This document shows positions 11,171 to 22,342 of a DNA stretch of 64,000 nucleotides, in pieces; positions within the stretch are counted from its first letter, which is position 1, and each line of letters starts with the position of its first letter. The notes beneath the pieces are model-generated. The model was not told the DNA's origin, ran no database searches, and was given only the letters and a program-made list of their open reading frames with translations. The position numbers were made by a program, and so were the translations under genes. This DNA is from Paraspadella gotoi (Eukaryota > Animalia > Chaetognatha): assembly GCA_051294375.1 (NCBI GenBank), contig CM119269.1, positions 16,022,690-16,086,689 on the forward strand, read 5' to 3'.

Positions 11171-12465
11171 GCGGCGTGAGAGTGGTGGGATGGGATGGGG
11201 CGAGGTGAAAGGAAATATTTTGAGAACGAGAAAAGCTTAAAGTGAAGCAGTTTAAGAGGGCAGCGTTAAGTTTTAAGTTTAGATGAACAAGTTACAAACG
11301 AGAAGTAACCAGGGTGACAGTCAACGCCCCAGCTCAGTAAGATGAGGCCTCCTATGAGCTCTGGTTCTTCCGGTTCATAAATACAGGTCAGGTTGGAAAA
11401 GATGCAATTTGAGAGGTTAAAAAGGAAACAGGGTGATTTGAAATGATCCTTATGCTTGTCAGAAATATTTTAAAACTTAAATATACAAACAGCATCTTAA
11501 AACATAATTCAAAAAAAGGGTTTAGTCTCTCCCTCCAATCGTCGCTTTTGATTTATAATAACTAAAGACTGAAAAGGAGAGGAGAAGATGAAGAAGCAAG
11601 AAGAGGAGGAGGAGGAGGAGGAGGAGGAGGACGAGGAAGCGGAAAAGGGAAGGTCCCTCGGCAAAGGGTGAAAGACATTTGTCTCATCCAACAAACCCCC
11701 TGGAGACAATCGCGAACTCGCGGTTCAACTCTCTTTTTTTTTTCCGCTCTCTCTCTCTCCCCGCGCTTCCGCCGCGGCTGTCGCGCTGGCGCGTCGCGGC
11801 CGCGGCGCTGGCGGGNNNNNNNNNNNNNNNNNNNNNNNNNGCGGTGGGCGTGAGAGGTGGTGGGATGGGATGGGGCGAGGTGAAAGGAAATATTTTGAGA
11901 ACGAGAAAAGTTAAAGTGAAGCAGTTTAAAGGGCGCGTTAAGTTTTAAGTTTAGATGAACAAGTTACAAACGAGAAGTAACCAGTGACAGTCAACGCCCA
12001 GCTCCAGTAAGATGAGCCTCCTATGAGCTCTGGTTCTTCCGGTTCATAAATACAGGTCAGGTTGGAAAAGATGCAATTTGAGAAGTTAAAAAGGAAACAG
12101 GGTAGTAAATGATCCTTATGCTGTTCAGAAATATTTTAAAACTAAATATACAAACAGCACTTAAAACATAATTCAAAAAAGGGTTAGTCTCTCCCTCAAT
12201 CGTCGCTTTTGATAAAGACTGAAAAGGAGAGGAGAAGATGAACGAAGCAAGAAGAGAGAGGAGGAGGAGGAGGAGGGACGAGGAAGCGGAAAAGGAAGGT
12301 CCCTCGGCAAGACACACGGGTGAAAGAATTTGTCTCATCCACAAACCCCTGGAGACAATCGCGAACTCGCGGTTCAACTCTCTTTTTTTTCCGCTCTCTC
12401 TCTCTCCCCGCGCTTCCCGCCGCGGCTGTCGCGCGTTGGCGCGTCGCGGCCGCGCGCGGGGCGGG
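11171..12465 (+). repeat. ~640-bp tandem duplication around a 25-N gap (11171-11815 vs 11841-12465), probable assembly overlap
   Basis: Near-identical copies differing by small indels, separated by exactly 25 N (11816-11840). Confidence 0.85.
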
Positions 12466-12510
12466 TCCCTGCTGAGGGTTCAGAAGTCTGGACGAGGGTT
12501 ATGTTAACTG
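12425..12510 (+). CDS. Unidentified protein, exon 7 (CRAGASRPRRWRVPAEGSEVWTRVMLTa), damaged in the assembly
   Basis: The 5' half is in frame in the duplicate copy at 11777-11815 and has an indel in this copy. Donor G|GTTAAC is phase 1 and matches exon 8. No AG acceptor is present in either copy. Confidence 0.45.
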
Positions 12511-12619
12511 GTTAACAAGGTTTTTTTTTTCGCGAGCTCTCGCGGCATTTACTCACCCCCATAGTTTTTTTTTTTGCACTCGTCCTCACTCTACCATTCT
12601 GCTCCTCCCCCCCCCCCAG

Positions 12620-12678
12620 CGGATCGTCCGCCGCGCTCGCTCGCGTTTGTATATTCAGGCTGCATATACAATCGAGAG
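12620..12678 (+). CDS. Unidentified protein, exon 8 (DRPPRSLAFVYSGCIYNRE)
   Basis: ctcctcccc...cag acceptor, GAG|GTAAGG donor, phase 1 to 0. Confidence 0.7.
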
Positions 12679-13115
12679 GTAAGGCAAAGCGGGATCCGGA
12701 GGTGAGGGGAGGTGAGGGGAGTAAAGAAGTCTCCTTCTCTTTACCTTTCGGTTCCATTTCGTCGTAATTTGGTGAGTCTCTCTGGGAGAATAATCGCCTT
12801 GGAGGTTGATTGGTAAGTTTGAGAAATGAAGTTGAATTTGTAGATATTGTTACGAATCGAGGATCGACTTTGGGTCAGTGAACGAGTAAATGTCGCGGGT
12901 AAGTTCGAGTGAGTGAGCGACTCTGGGAGTCTCGGTCCTGACTTGGGTGATTGACTTGGGTGATTGACCTGGAAGGTGACTTGGGTGAATAGCTTGAGCG
13001 AGTCACTTGGGTGAGTGACTCCAAGGGTGACGAGCGAATCGGGGTGAGGGTGTGTGAGTCGCGAGGGAAACTCGATGCCACGGATTTTCCTGTTTTTCCG
13101 CTTCCACGCCTTTCA

Positions 13116-13231
<116 letters not shown>

Positions 13232-13258
13232 CTCTTTTCCCCCCTCTTCTCTTTCCAG

Positions 13259-13306
13259 ATCCAAGATTTCCTGATGAAGTGGGTCTTTGACATGAAGAGC
13301 AGATGA
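13259..13306 (+). CDS. Unidentified protein, terminal coding exon ([15 protein letters not shown])
   Basis: Long (CT)n tract ending ctttccag as acceptor; TGA at 13304-13306; AATAAA at ~13474 and ~13958. Confidence 0.7.
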   Translation: MQDFLMKWVFDMKSR

Positions 13307-13392
13307 TGCGTCGTGTGGCAGCATCCCTCCTCAACCGGGTGACGACGACGACGACGACGACGAAGATGTCGCTTCACCTGAGCGCGCAATCC

Positions 13393-13426
13393 GTTGCCAT
13401 GACAACCGCGAAACAAAGATGGCGGC
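13393..13426 (+). promoter_or_regulatory. RFX X-box-like motif plus YY1-like motif
   Basis: GTTGCCATGACAAC (13393-13406) is one mismatch from the palindrome GTTGCCATGGCAAC; AAGATGGCGGC (13416-13426) matches the YY1 consensus. Confidence 0.35.
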
Positions 13427-13544
13427 AAATCGTGAAACGCGGGAGACGCGGGAGACAGAGAGAGAGTGAAAAAAATAAAGTTGGAGGTGAGGAAAAAAAA
13501 GGGGAGAAGAGATCGAATCCGGGATGATTGAGGAAAATGGGATA

Positions 13545-13797
13545 AGTGTGGATAAGGCGCTACGTGGGCTGAAGATGACTGTCCGTAACTTCTATAACCC
13601 CCTCTAACAGCCATGGAACGGGTCCCTGGGCTTGGAACCAGGCTTGAGGGTTTGCCATGCCCCCAAGGCGGCTTACGGCCGTCCTCACACTTCCGGCAGG
13701 GTAGGTAACGGGTTGGGATTGAACCCGGTACCGGGTTGGGATTGAACCCGGTACAGTGGTCATGAGCTGATGGCTTTACTCAATGAGCCACCGGGTC
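13545..13797 (-). mobile_element. tRNA-derived SINE-like element with duplicated B box
   Basis: Minus strand starts GACCCGGTGGCTCATTGAGTAAAG (A-box-like), followed by GGTTCAATCCC (B box) inside a perfect 23-bp tandem duplication (13709-13731, 13732-13754) and a ~170-nt non-tRNA body. No closed cloverleaf. Confidence 0.6.
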
Positions 13798-14272
13798 ACA
13801 ACTGAAAGTGTCATGATTCTAGGCGGGGTGAACCTAGGCAATGCCCGACTACATAAGTGATGAGTGACAAGCGGGTGAGGTGAGGTGAGGTGATGTGATG
13901 TGAGGTGAGGTGAGGTGAGGTTGGGTGAGGTCGAAGATGTTGTCACGATTCACGCCGAATAAAGAAATGAAGAGGAATTTGCGTGACCAGTGACCATTAT
14001 TTTTCCCGGCCTTTTGAGTTTTAAGTTTTTATTAATGTAGATTTGTTTTCTAATCAATAGACTACGTATTGTTTATTGTTAAATGGATTACATTAAAATA
14101 AATTGTTTTAAAAGACTAACACCAATGATTTGATTACCTTCTGTTCCATCTGCTCCCTCGCCGAGTCCCGTTGCCCTTTTGAAACGAGGCCTTTGTCTTC
14201 CTCTTTGCCTCCAATTCGAGAAAAAATTTCGCCGTTTATGGATCAGAATCTGTTAAAATTTTTACGATTCAA

Positions 14273-14315
<43 letters not shown>

Positions 14316-14620
14316 CTCACAAAGGAGCCCCTCGATCTTATCTCGCTCTCCGCTCAGCTCCTCGCCAAAAATTGTCATGGATACAATTGCCAAAACCAGA
14401 AAACCACAAAAGAATTTTTCGATCCCATTTTTTTTTCTCTTTCTTTTGTTTTCAGTTTTTAACATTTTTTACTTTTTTTCTTTCTTTCTTTTTTTTTTTT
14501 TTATTCAGCCGGGTTTAAATCATTCATTCCGTTTAATGCTTATCATCCATTGTTCTTTTGTGGCCTTTACACGATCCATCATGAACGTTGGATTCATGGC
14601 AATTCGCCGATTGTGCGAGA

Positions 14621-14651
<31 letters not shown>

Positions 14652-14843
14652 GAGTTTGAATTTTTTTTTTCATTTCGATTTTTTTTACTGATTTGATAAA
14701 CAGAACCGTACGTATAAGATATCTGACTGACGTTGATTGATAAAGCACACAGCGAACTTTTTGCCCTTTGTTTTGGATAAAATTTTATCAAGTTAAAACA
14801 AAAAATAAAATTGGGGATCAGAAAATAAATTCTCGTGAAATAA

Positions 14844-14916
14844 AGGTACTGCCCGGTTTCGAACCGGGGACCTTCTGCGTGTTAGGCAGATGTGATAACC
14901 ACTACACCACAGCACC
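14844..14916 (-). tRNA. tRNA-Val(AAC)
   Basis: GGTGCTG/CAGTACC acceptor stem, D arm GTGTAGTGGTTATCAC, anticodon arm TCTGC-CTAACAC-GCAGA, T arm CCCGG-TTCGAAA-CCGGG. The discriminator reads T. Confidence 0.93.
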
Positions 14917-15072
14917 GTTGTCTCATGCAGATAATTGAATTTATTATATTTTCGCCTCGAGGTAATACATATAACTTATCGTATTGTATTTCTTTTGTTA
15001 AGCTAAGAAAAAAGGGAACATGTAAAACGATAATTTCAATTAGTTTCCTTAAGTTTCACCGACTAATCATCT

Positions 15073-15146
15073 GGCCGGTTAGCTCAGCTGGTTAGAGCGT
15101 GGTGCTAATAACGCCAAGGTCGCGGGTTCGATCCCCACACTGGCCA
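15073..15146 (+). tRNA. tRNA-Ile(AAT)
   Basis: GGCCGGTTAGCTCAGCTGGTTAGAGCGTGGTGCTAATAACGCCAAGGTCGCGGGTTCGATCCCCACACTGGCCA; one C-A mismatch in the T stem; TTTTT terminator at 15151-15155. Confidence 0.95.
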
Positions 15147-15359
15147 ATCCTTTTTATCCTAATTAAATTGACAATTTTATAGTGGTAAAGAGTTATCTAT
15201 GTATATTAATTAGTTAATTTCAATAATTGTCTTTCATAACCTTAATGCAAGCAACAAGATCATTTTTATGTTGCTCTTTCAAACAAAATTAAATTTTAAA
15301 TAATTTGTTACAGGAAATGTTTTGCAGTAACGTAAGAATGATCTCTCATCTTACATTGT

Positions 15360-15432
15360 GGGGGATTAGCTCAAATGGTAGAGCGCTCGCTTAGCATGCG
15401 AGAGGTACCGGGATCGATACCCGGATCCTCCA
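15360..15432 (+). tRNA. tRNA-Ala(AGC)
   Basis: GGGGGAT/ATCCTCC acceptor stem with the G3:U70 identity pair, anticodon loop TTAGCAT, eukaryotic Ala-type ATCGAT T loop, TTTT downstream. Confidence 0.96.
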
Positions 15433-15472
15433 TGTTTTGCAGTCGGATATCTAAATTTTAACAAAAAAAATA

Positions 15473-15544
15473 TTCTCGGTAGTATAGTGGTTAGTATCTT
15501 CGCCTGTCACGCGAGAGACCATGGTTCGATTCCCTGCCGGGGAG
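15473..15544 (+). tRNA. tRNA-Asp(GTC), slightly divergent
   Basis: TTCTCGG/CCGGGGA acceptor stem, G discriminator, anticodon arm TTCGC-CTGTCAC-GCGAG, T-C mismatch in the T stem (CATGG/CCCTG). Confidence 0.9.
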
Positions 15545-16270
15545 TGTCTTACTTTTAATATTTAACATGAAAAAAACACGATATCTAAGATAAAAATGTT
15601 TTAATTATATATTTTTGTCGATGAGTTTAAATTTGAAACATGGGTCAATATTTAGGTACTCTTTAACTTTATTATCACTTATTATCCCCTTCTGCAATCG
15701 GTTAATGCCTCCCGCCCGCACGCCCTCTGTATCCGCATCCCCTTCTCTTCAAAGCCGTAACCCCTTCTATCATTCGCGCTTGTACCTGTTTACAATTCAA
15801 CAGAGTATTTGTACGATTCCGTGAGGAATGAGGAACGCATATGTAATAGCGCGATGACGACGATGACAGCGACGACGACGACGACGGCGATGGAGGAAAC
15901 TGACGACTACGTCTGACGAAGTTTCGAAGTTTCAGAGAGAAGAAGGGTTAAGAGGCCAAACACCATAGACGAGGTCACGGTACAAGAGGCATCACGCAAA
16001 GTGGTGAGAGAGAGAAAGAAACTCGACAGTCGACATAGTTCGTAACGAAACTCTTACGTGTTTGCCCTGTGTGCAATTTACAGGGAAATCTCACAGGGCA
16101 GCAGCTTTTGCAGTAGCCCAAGCATTTTACATGATAAATTTTGATAGCTGCTGCGATTTGCGAATAAAAAGGGTGACCGAAAAACTCCGCCTTCTCCGAT
16201 AAGGAAGACGGTCATGGGAACCGCATCGATAAAAACGAAAAAAATCGAATGACGATCAAAAACGGACGAC

Positions 16271-16308
<38 letters not shown>

Positions 16309-17923
16309 AGCACAATCGTCTTCATCGACCCGTGTAAGCAGATGGAACAAATCCCAATCGAAAATCTGACTTCGCACGATTTCGCGCCACCGGATTAACT
16401 CATCGAATCAGTTGTTTGTCGGCGGTGGCGGCGGCGGCGGTTGCGGCGGCGGCGGCGGCGGGTGTGATAGAGAGATGGTGGGAGAGGTGGAGGGACTGAT
16501 GGTTGGTTTGTAAAAATAGGTTTAGAGCAAAGGCGTGACGGTTTCGTGATCGAGTTATTCGTCCACGATTTCTCCGTTTCGTTTTATTTTCATTCTCGTT
16601 TTTTTAAATAATATTTTCCTTCTCACCTCATCTCATTTCAGTCTTAATGTTGCTTAAACCAATACTATAAAATATTTTTTAAAAAAGTTATATAATTTAG
16701 TAAATAAACTAATTTGTGCGGTGATTTTTACTCCTCATCACTCTCGCCATTTTCTCCTTAGCCTATCTCGACTTTTCCTCCCAATTCATCCTCCCTTCTA
16801 CCCCTCTCTTCTCCCCCCCCTTTCCCCTGGCTCTCTTTCTAACCCCACCCCTCCTCTTCATTCCCTCCCCTTCCCTTTCGATCTTTCCGACGTTGATCTC
16901 CAATTAAAAGGGACTTACGGAATTTGGCCGAAAGAAAAAAAAAAAGACAAAAGACGAATCGACGTCGTCATAATACCCTAATAAAAAAACAAACAAAACA
17001 AAACAAAAAACTAAGCTTCATCGAAAAGATGGAGAGAGAAAAGTCGAAGAGAAATCGAGTTTTATCTTCGTGACATCGCAGCATTAATTTTTTGTTATTT
17101 TCCTATTTTTTTTATATTTGCCACGCGTTGCCATATAGACGAAAGTTGACATCCGCTTTGTCTTTGGAACCGATTTGCCATTGCCTCGCGTTGGCACTGT
17201 CGCTGATTGTTGTTTCGTCTTATGCTTTTACTAGGGAAACAGTTGTCATTGCTTTCATCTACCACATTAATGATGAAATTTATTTTTGGCTTGAAGAGTC
17301 ATTTCACAGAAAAATTTAAGCATAAAGTTCAAATTCTTGTATTTCTTTGTCAATAATGAAATTAAACATTTTTAAATCTTACAGTATTTCTCTCCTGTAA
17401 ATACACGGCGTCGTTTAGGTTGAACCAGAATGATTTGTTCTTTCCTCCAGAGAAACGTGATCCAGCTCGCCAGAAACTGAGTAACCCAGTGAGAGTTTAG
17501 CGTTGTCACCCTCCAGCCGTGTCACAGCCCCCGTGACACTTCCTCGTGACACTCACAGGATCACGAACGCGACTTTTTCTCGAAAAAAGTCGAGAGAGAG
17601 AAAAATAGTTTAATCTCCTTAAAAGTCGAGAGGCGCGAAGTCTGTGGAAGAAGTTGGACGTCGTGAGGAAAGGGTGAAGTCTTAACTGAAGATTGGGGGT
17701 TGGAGGCGGGTGGGGAAAAAGGGTGGGGTAAGGGTGTTGAGAACGGAATGATTGGAGGGTGGTAGATGGAGTGGGCGGTGATCGGGTAAGGACAAAGCTT
17801 GCTATTTGTGGTGATGGGATAAAGTTCAAACTGGTGAGGTCGAAGTTGGGAAAGCAAAAAGATCGACAAGCAGAAACTCACTTTCCTCTTTTTCTCTTTT
17901 TCATGAAATATTCTTTTTTTTAG

Positions 17924-17955
<32 letters not shown>

Positions 17956-18227
17956 AACGAAAGCGACGGAACATTCACAACAACAACAACAAGAACAAAA
18001 AAACGCAATTCACAACAAAAACAACAACAACAACTAATACTAACTACTTCGTCGGTTATACTCTGGAGGAACGTGACGGATCGCATTCTCGGATGCACAC
18101 GCTCCGGTTGCCAAGGCAAAGCACAACCGACTTTTTAATTTCGAATTTTTCTCTCATTATTTTTTTTTTTCCGTCAATGTTTTTCCCCCATACTCACTCG
18201 CTCTCTCTCTCTTCTCCTTCTCTCTCT

Positions 18228-18279
<52 letters not shown>

Positions 18280-18824
18280 TTCTGACTCTCCCTCCATAAA
18301 AAAAAGTTTAATCCGACGCCCTGAATTCAGACCTTGTCCTTTTGTCTCATTGAAAGTCAAAGACGACGGAGAGAGAGAGGCATGAATTTCAAACCGTCCT
18401 CCGCCGAGAGAGGGGGCGAGCGGGGGAAAAGGGGAGATAGAGAGGGGGAGGGAGAGAGGGTGTAGGGAGAAGGAGAAAATAGAGAGGAGAGAGACAGAGT
18501 GATTGGAGATGGTGGGCGGGGGGATAAGAAATTTTCAAGGATTATAGCGATGAGTTCGGATAGAGCTTAAAGAGATAGCAATAGGATATTAAATAGTATA
18601 AGATACCTGCGATAGGATAAGATAGCAATAGATAAAAGATTATAGTAAGGGCCGGTATTTCGCAGCAAGGAAGGGGCTAGCAATATCGATGCGAGTTTGT
18701 TTAGGCTGGGGGTGTGGGGGTGTGGGGGGGGAGAGACGAGGGAATAAGAAACCTTTCTTGAAAAGCGTTAATTAGTTGTTGATTATTCTTTCGAAAAAGA
18801 AACGACGATGACGGAGAAGCCGGA

Positions 18825-18893
<69 letters not shown>
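18825..18893 (+). repeat. (GAC)23 microsatellite, representative of many GAC/GTC tracts in the window
   Basis: Perfect trinucleotide repeat. Confidence 0.95.
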
Positions 18894-18895
<2 letters not shown>

Positions 18896-18946
18896 CTTCT
18901 TCTACGTCAACGACGCGACAACGACGATAGATTTTGCGTAACTCAG

Positions 18947-19702
18947 TTGGCAAGGTCCTTGTCGTCCGCAATGGGAAATTCCGGGTTCGAGGCTGTGACT
19001 TTCTTACATTGCGAACTAGAATTATAACGCTGGTAAGTTGTGGAAACTTGTGAGAAAGTTAGAAAACCATATTGCATGCGAGTCGAAAAGGGTAAAGATT
19101 TAAAAAAAGTCTGCAATAAACTAGATAGAGAGACTAAGAAAATAGTAAAGCTGGAGAAGCTAAAAATGCTGGGTAAGATGGAGAAGTTTAGCATTGATGG
19201 TTAAATCTGCAATCTTCGTTTTCGAAACTTCAGACGCAAGATCACCCTCCGTTAATTGACGGACGGTAAGAGAAACAGCAATACAAAAATGATGGCGTTA
19301 TAAACGGCTGCATTAAGACAACAACGACGACGACAACGACGACGACGACAACGACGACGACGACGACAACGTCCCGCTTCCTTCCTCCGTCGTCGAGGGA
19401 CTCTGCTTAGACTTTCCTCGTTGAAGAATCTCGATTATTAATTAGCACTTAATTTCTGTTTTGTTTTTTTTTTTTGTTTTTTTGTTTTTTTAAAGACGTC
19501 TTAAAGACGACGATTAAAAAACGAGCGAAGAGAGAGAGAGAATTTAAAGTTTACATTATATTTAATTATATTAAATTTAATTTAGTTGATAAAAATTATA
19601 ATTTTAAGTTAAATTATATTAATTTCATTACCAAAGTTCATATTCATTAACTAATCATCTTCATCATGATCAATCAAGATCATCATCATTATCGTCATCT
19701 TC

Positions 19703-19734
<32 letters not shown>

Positions 19735-20100
19735 TTAAACGTAATCATCACATTAAGCCTTTGTCATTTTTCTTCGGTCTCGTCTTTAAGTTTTCTTCTT
19801 CGTCATCGTCTCCAAAATGAACGCCTTCAGCCTTTCTTGCACATGGTCGTCTTCGTCGTCGTCGTCGACGTCGTCGTCTTCATCTTCGTCGTCGTCGCTA
19901 ATAATCTACGGAATGACGGTCATCGACGCGAAACGGTGCCCCCCGGATGTTGGGGTCCAGGATGTTGGGCCGGGGAAGAGGGGACGGCGTCCGAGACCCG
20001 GATGCCGGCCGAAGCTTCCGAGCCTGACCCGTATGTCGAGGCGTTCGACCCCCGGATGACCTTGAATGACCTTCGCGCCGAGTTTCGTTGAAAAGCAAAG
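18947..20100 (+). other. Candidate exons of a second spliced transcript (18947-19032, 19234-19265, ~19911-20100); coding status unclear
   Basis: High-complexity islands bounded by CAG acceptors and GTAAGT/GTAAGA/GTTAGC donors. The first two join in an open frame; the third lacks an AG acceptor. Confidence 0.3.
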
Positions 20101-20123
20101 GTTAGCGGGTGGAAAGTATCTCG

Positions 20124-20204
<81 letters not shown>

Positions 20205-20294
20205 TGAGAAGGGTCGCTTTACCTTCGATCAGTTTGAACCTTTTTTGCCTTTTATGGCCGTTAAGGCGTGAGGAAGGAGGGGGATGGTCAAGAA

Positions 20295-20331
<37 letters not shown>

Positions 20332-20402
20332 GAGAGAGAGAGAGAGAGAGAAGCGAGAGAGAGAGAGAGAGAGAGAGAGATGAGAGAGAGAGAGAGGAGA
20401 AG

Positions 20403-20445
<43 letters not shown>

Positions 20446-20759
20446 TAAGTCGAATGGATTTGAAGTCTGAAGAGTCTTCTCTAGCGGAAAGGACGAAAGC
20501 GCAAGGAGATTAAAAAATCAAAATTGATTTTTTTTTTGGGTGGAACTCAAATTATTGTGACTTGCCATACAATTTTTCTTGGTGACATTATTAATTCATT
20601 TCTAATAACAGGACCGTTTGACTGTTTGTACAGCGTAACACAATAAAAAGTTTCCTTAACAATTCAATCAGACCGCTCGCCATCTATCTAAAATAGTTAT
20701 CAATCAAATCAATTAATAAAGAAATTATCCCTTGTAGTGATTAAATATCACTACCCGTT

Positions 20760-20990
20760 GGATACGACTGTTCCTTAACGCTTCATTTTCGAACCCATCC
20801 CGGGTTCTCGCCCTGGTCGAAACAGTCCTTGCAAAAACAGTGACGGGCCCTTTAAACCACAGGTAGCATGCCTACCGCCGGATCAAAACTTCCGGAGAGC
20901 AAGGCAACTGACGGAAAAATCTCCCAGACCCACTGTGCACACTAGGTATGGGGGCTACCCACACTCACAAAGAGGCATAGCGACCCTCCC
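20760..20990 (+). mobile_element. Structured element resembling a non-LTR retrotransposon 5' UTR fragment (copy at ~24778-25020)
   Basis: Nested complementary segments (GACTGTT/AACAGTC, GGTAG/CTACC, CCGGA/TCCGG) and a motif order reminiscent of LINE 5' ends. No downstream ORF. Confidence 0.3.
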
Positions 20991-21421
20991 TTCTCACCTC
21001 ACATCTTCCTGTGAACGAATCTAATTCTTTTTTTCCAAGTCTTCAGACTCGATCGGACGATGCATCCCCGTCCAACGAAAGGCATCTCTTCTCTAAGAAT
21101 GAAGACCGCTTTGTTCTTTCAGCTCACGAAGACGAAGAGTTGATAATGGGTCCTCCTCTCATCTCCCCTTCTTTTCTACCCCCCCCCCCTGCCTCCCCCC
21201 TTCGCTTCATGACGAAAATATTTAAAAGAGGGAAGGATATTTTTTTTTCTTCTTTTATTTGTCGTAGGCGAAAAATTTTCGTCTCCATTTCCATTATTTT
21301 TTTACTTTATTCTTTCCATTTTTTAAACTTTACTCCCTTAATGTTTTAGTCTTTTATGAATCGCTTGTAAATGATTTAATAATATGAATATGGTGGACTA
21401 AAATCTACCAACCGTTCATCA

Positions 21422-21600
21422 GCGGCCATTGGTGCCGGAGGCAAGTCATTCACCTCCAAACCCAAAGGTCCGGGGTTCTAGCCCCGTGGTCGTCTAGCAG
21501 TTAAGAGGGACGGGGCGCTTAACCCGCCTGTAACCAGCCTGATCCGAAGCTCAGGGACTGCGTATATTGAACGGTTCTGTCATTAACACTTATCAATAAT
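21422..21600 (+). mobile_element. Possible tRNA-derived SINE (copy at ~25452-25650)
   Basis: A-box-like TGGTGCCGGAGG, anticodon-loop-like CTCCAAA, then AAGGTC-CGGGG-TTCTAGC-CCCG as T arm/B box at tRNA-like spacing. No acceptor stem. Confidence 0.4.
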
Positions 21601-22297
21601 TACTGTCTCTTCAGGAAATTACTTTATAAATATTTAAATCTTTTTCCAATTTATAGCTCTTTCGTGGCGATATCTATCATTCAAGTTTTCACAGGTGCCA
21701 TCCAAAACATCGTTCCTTCTCTCTCCATCTTTCACAAGTAACTTGTACCATGTACTTCACATCACCTCTCTCAATCACTCGCACGTTCCCGACCTCGATC
21801 AATCACAGTCCCCAACCCCTAAACCCCCCCCCAAATCTACCCGCCACCCGCCACCCGCCACCACCAATTCGCCAAATATTCGAGTGGAATCTCGCGAGTC
21901 GGATTTCCGTCGCTCGTCCAAATGTAGCGCAACCGAGGAGAAAAGTAGCTCAACGATCCTCGAGCGTTGTCGTCGTCGTCGTTGTTGTCGTGGTCGTCGT
22001 CGTTGTTGTCGTCCTCATCTTCGTGGTAGTCAACATCGGCATGGTCTTATTCGTCTTCGTCGTCCTCTTTTTTATAACGTAATCAATAGTCATAATCGAG
22101 AACTTCACAATCTTCCTTGTTATAATTGTTAGTTTTCTAATTTCACTTTTTAGTATCATCATCGACCCCGCATTGATTACTTCTTTAACTCCGGAATGGT
22201 CTAGCTCGAAGTCGTTTTCATAATTATGATTTAATCATGATTTAAACTTTTATCTTTAATATATATATACAAAATCGTCAAGTTCTTCGGCTAAAAG

Positions 22298-22342
<45 letters not shown>

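Noticed and set aside
13270-13300. CTGATGA as a hammerhead core or snoRNA C box (also 22689 and 37035)
   Set aside because: No stem II plus GAAA and no D box with terminal stem; the first instance lies inside a coding exon.
16098-16154. Pre-miRNA hairpin
   Set aside because: Only 9 bp pair; the interior does not form an extended stem.
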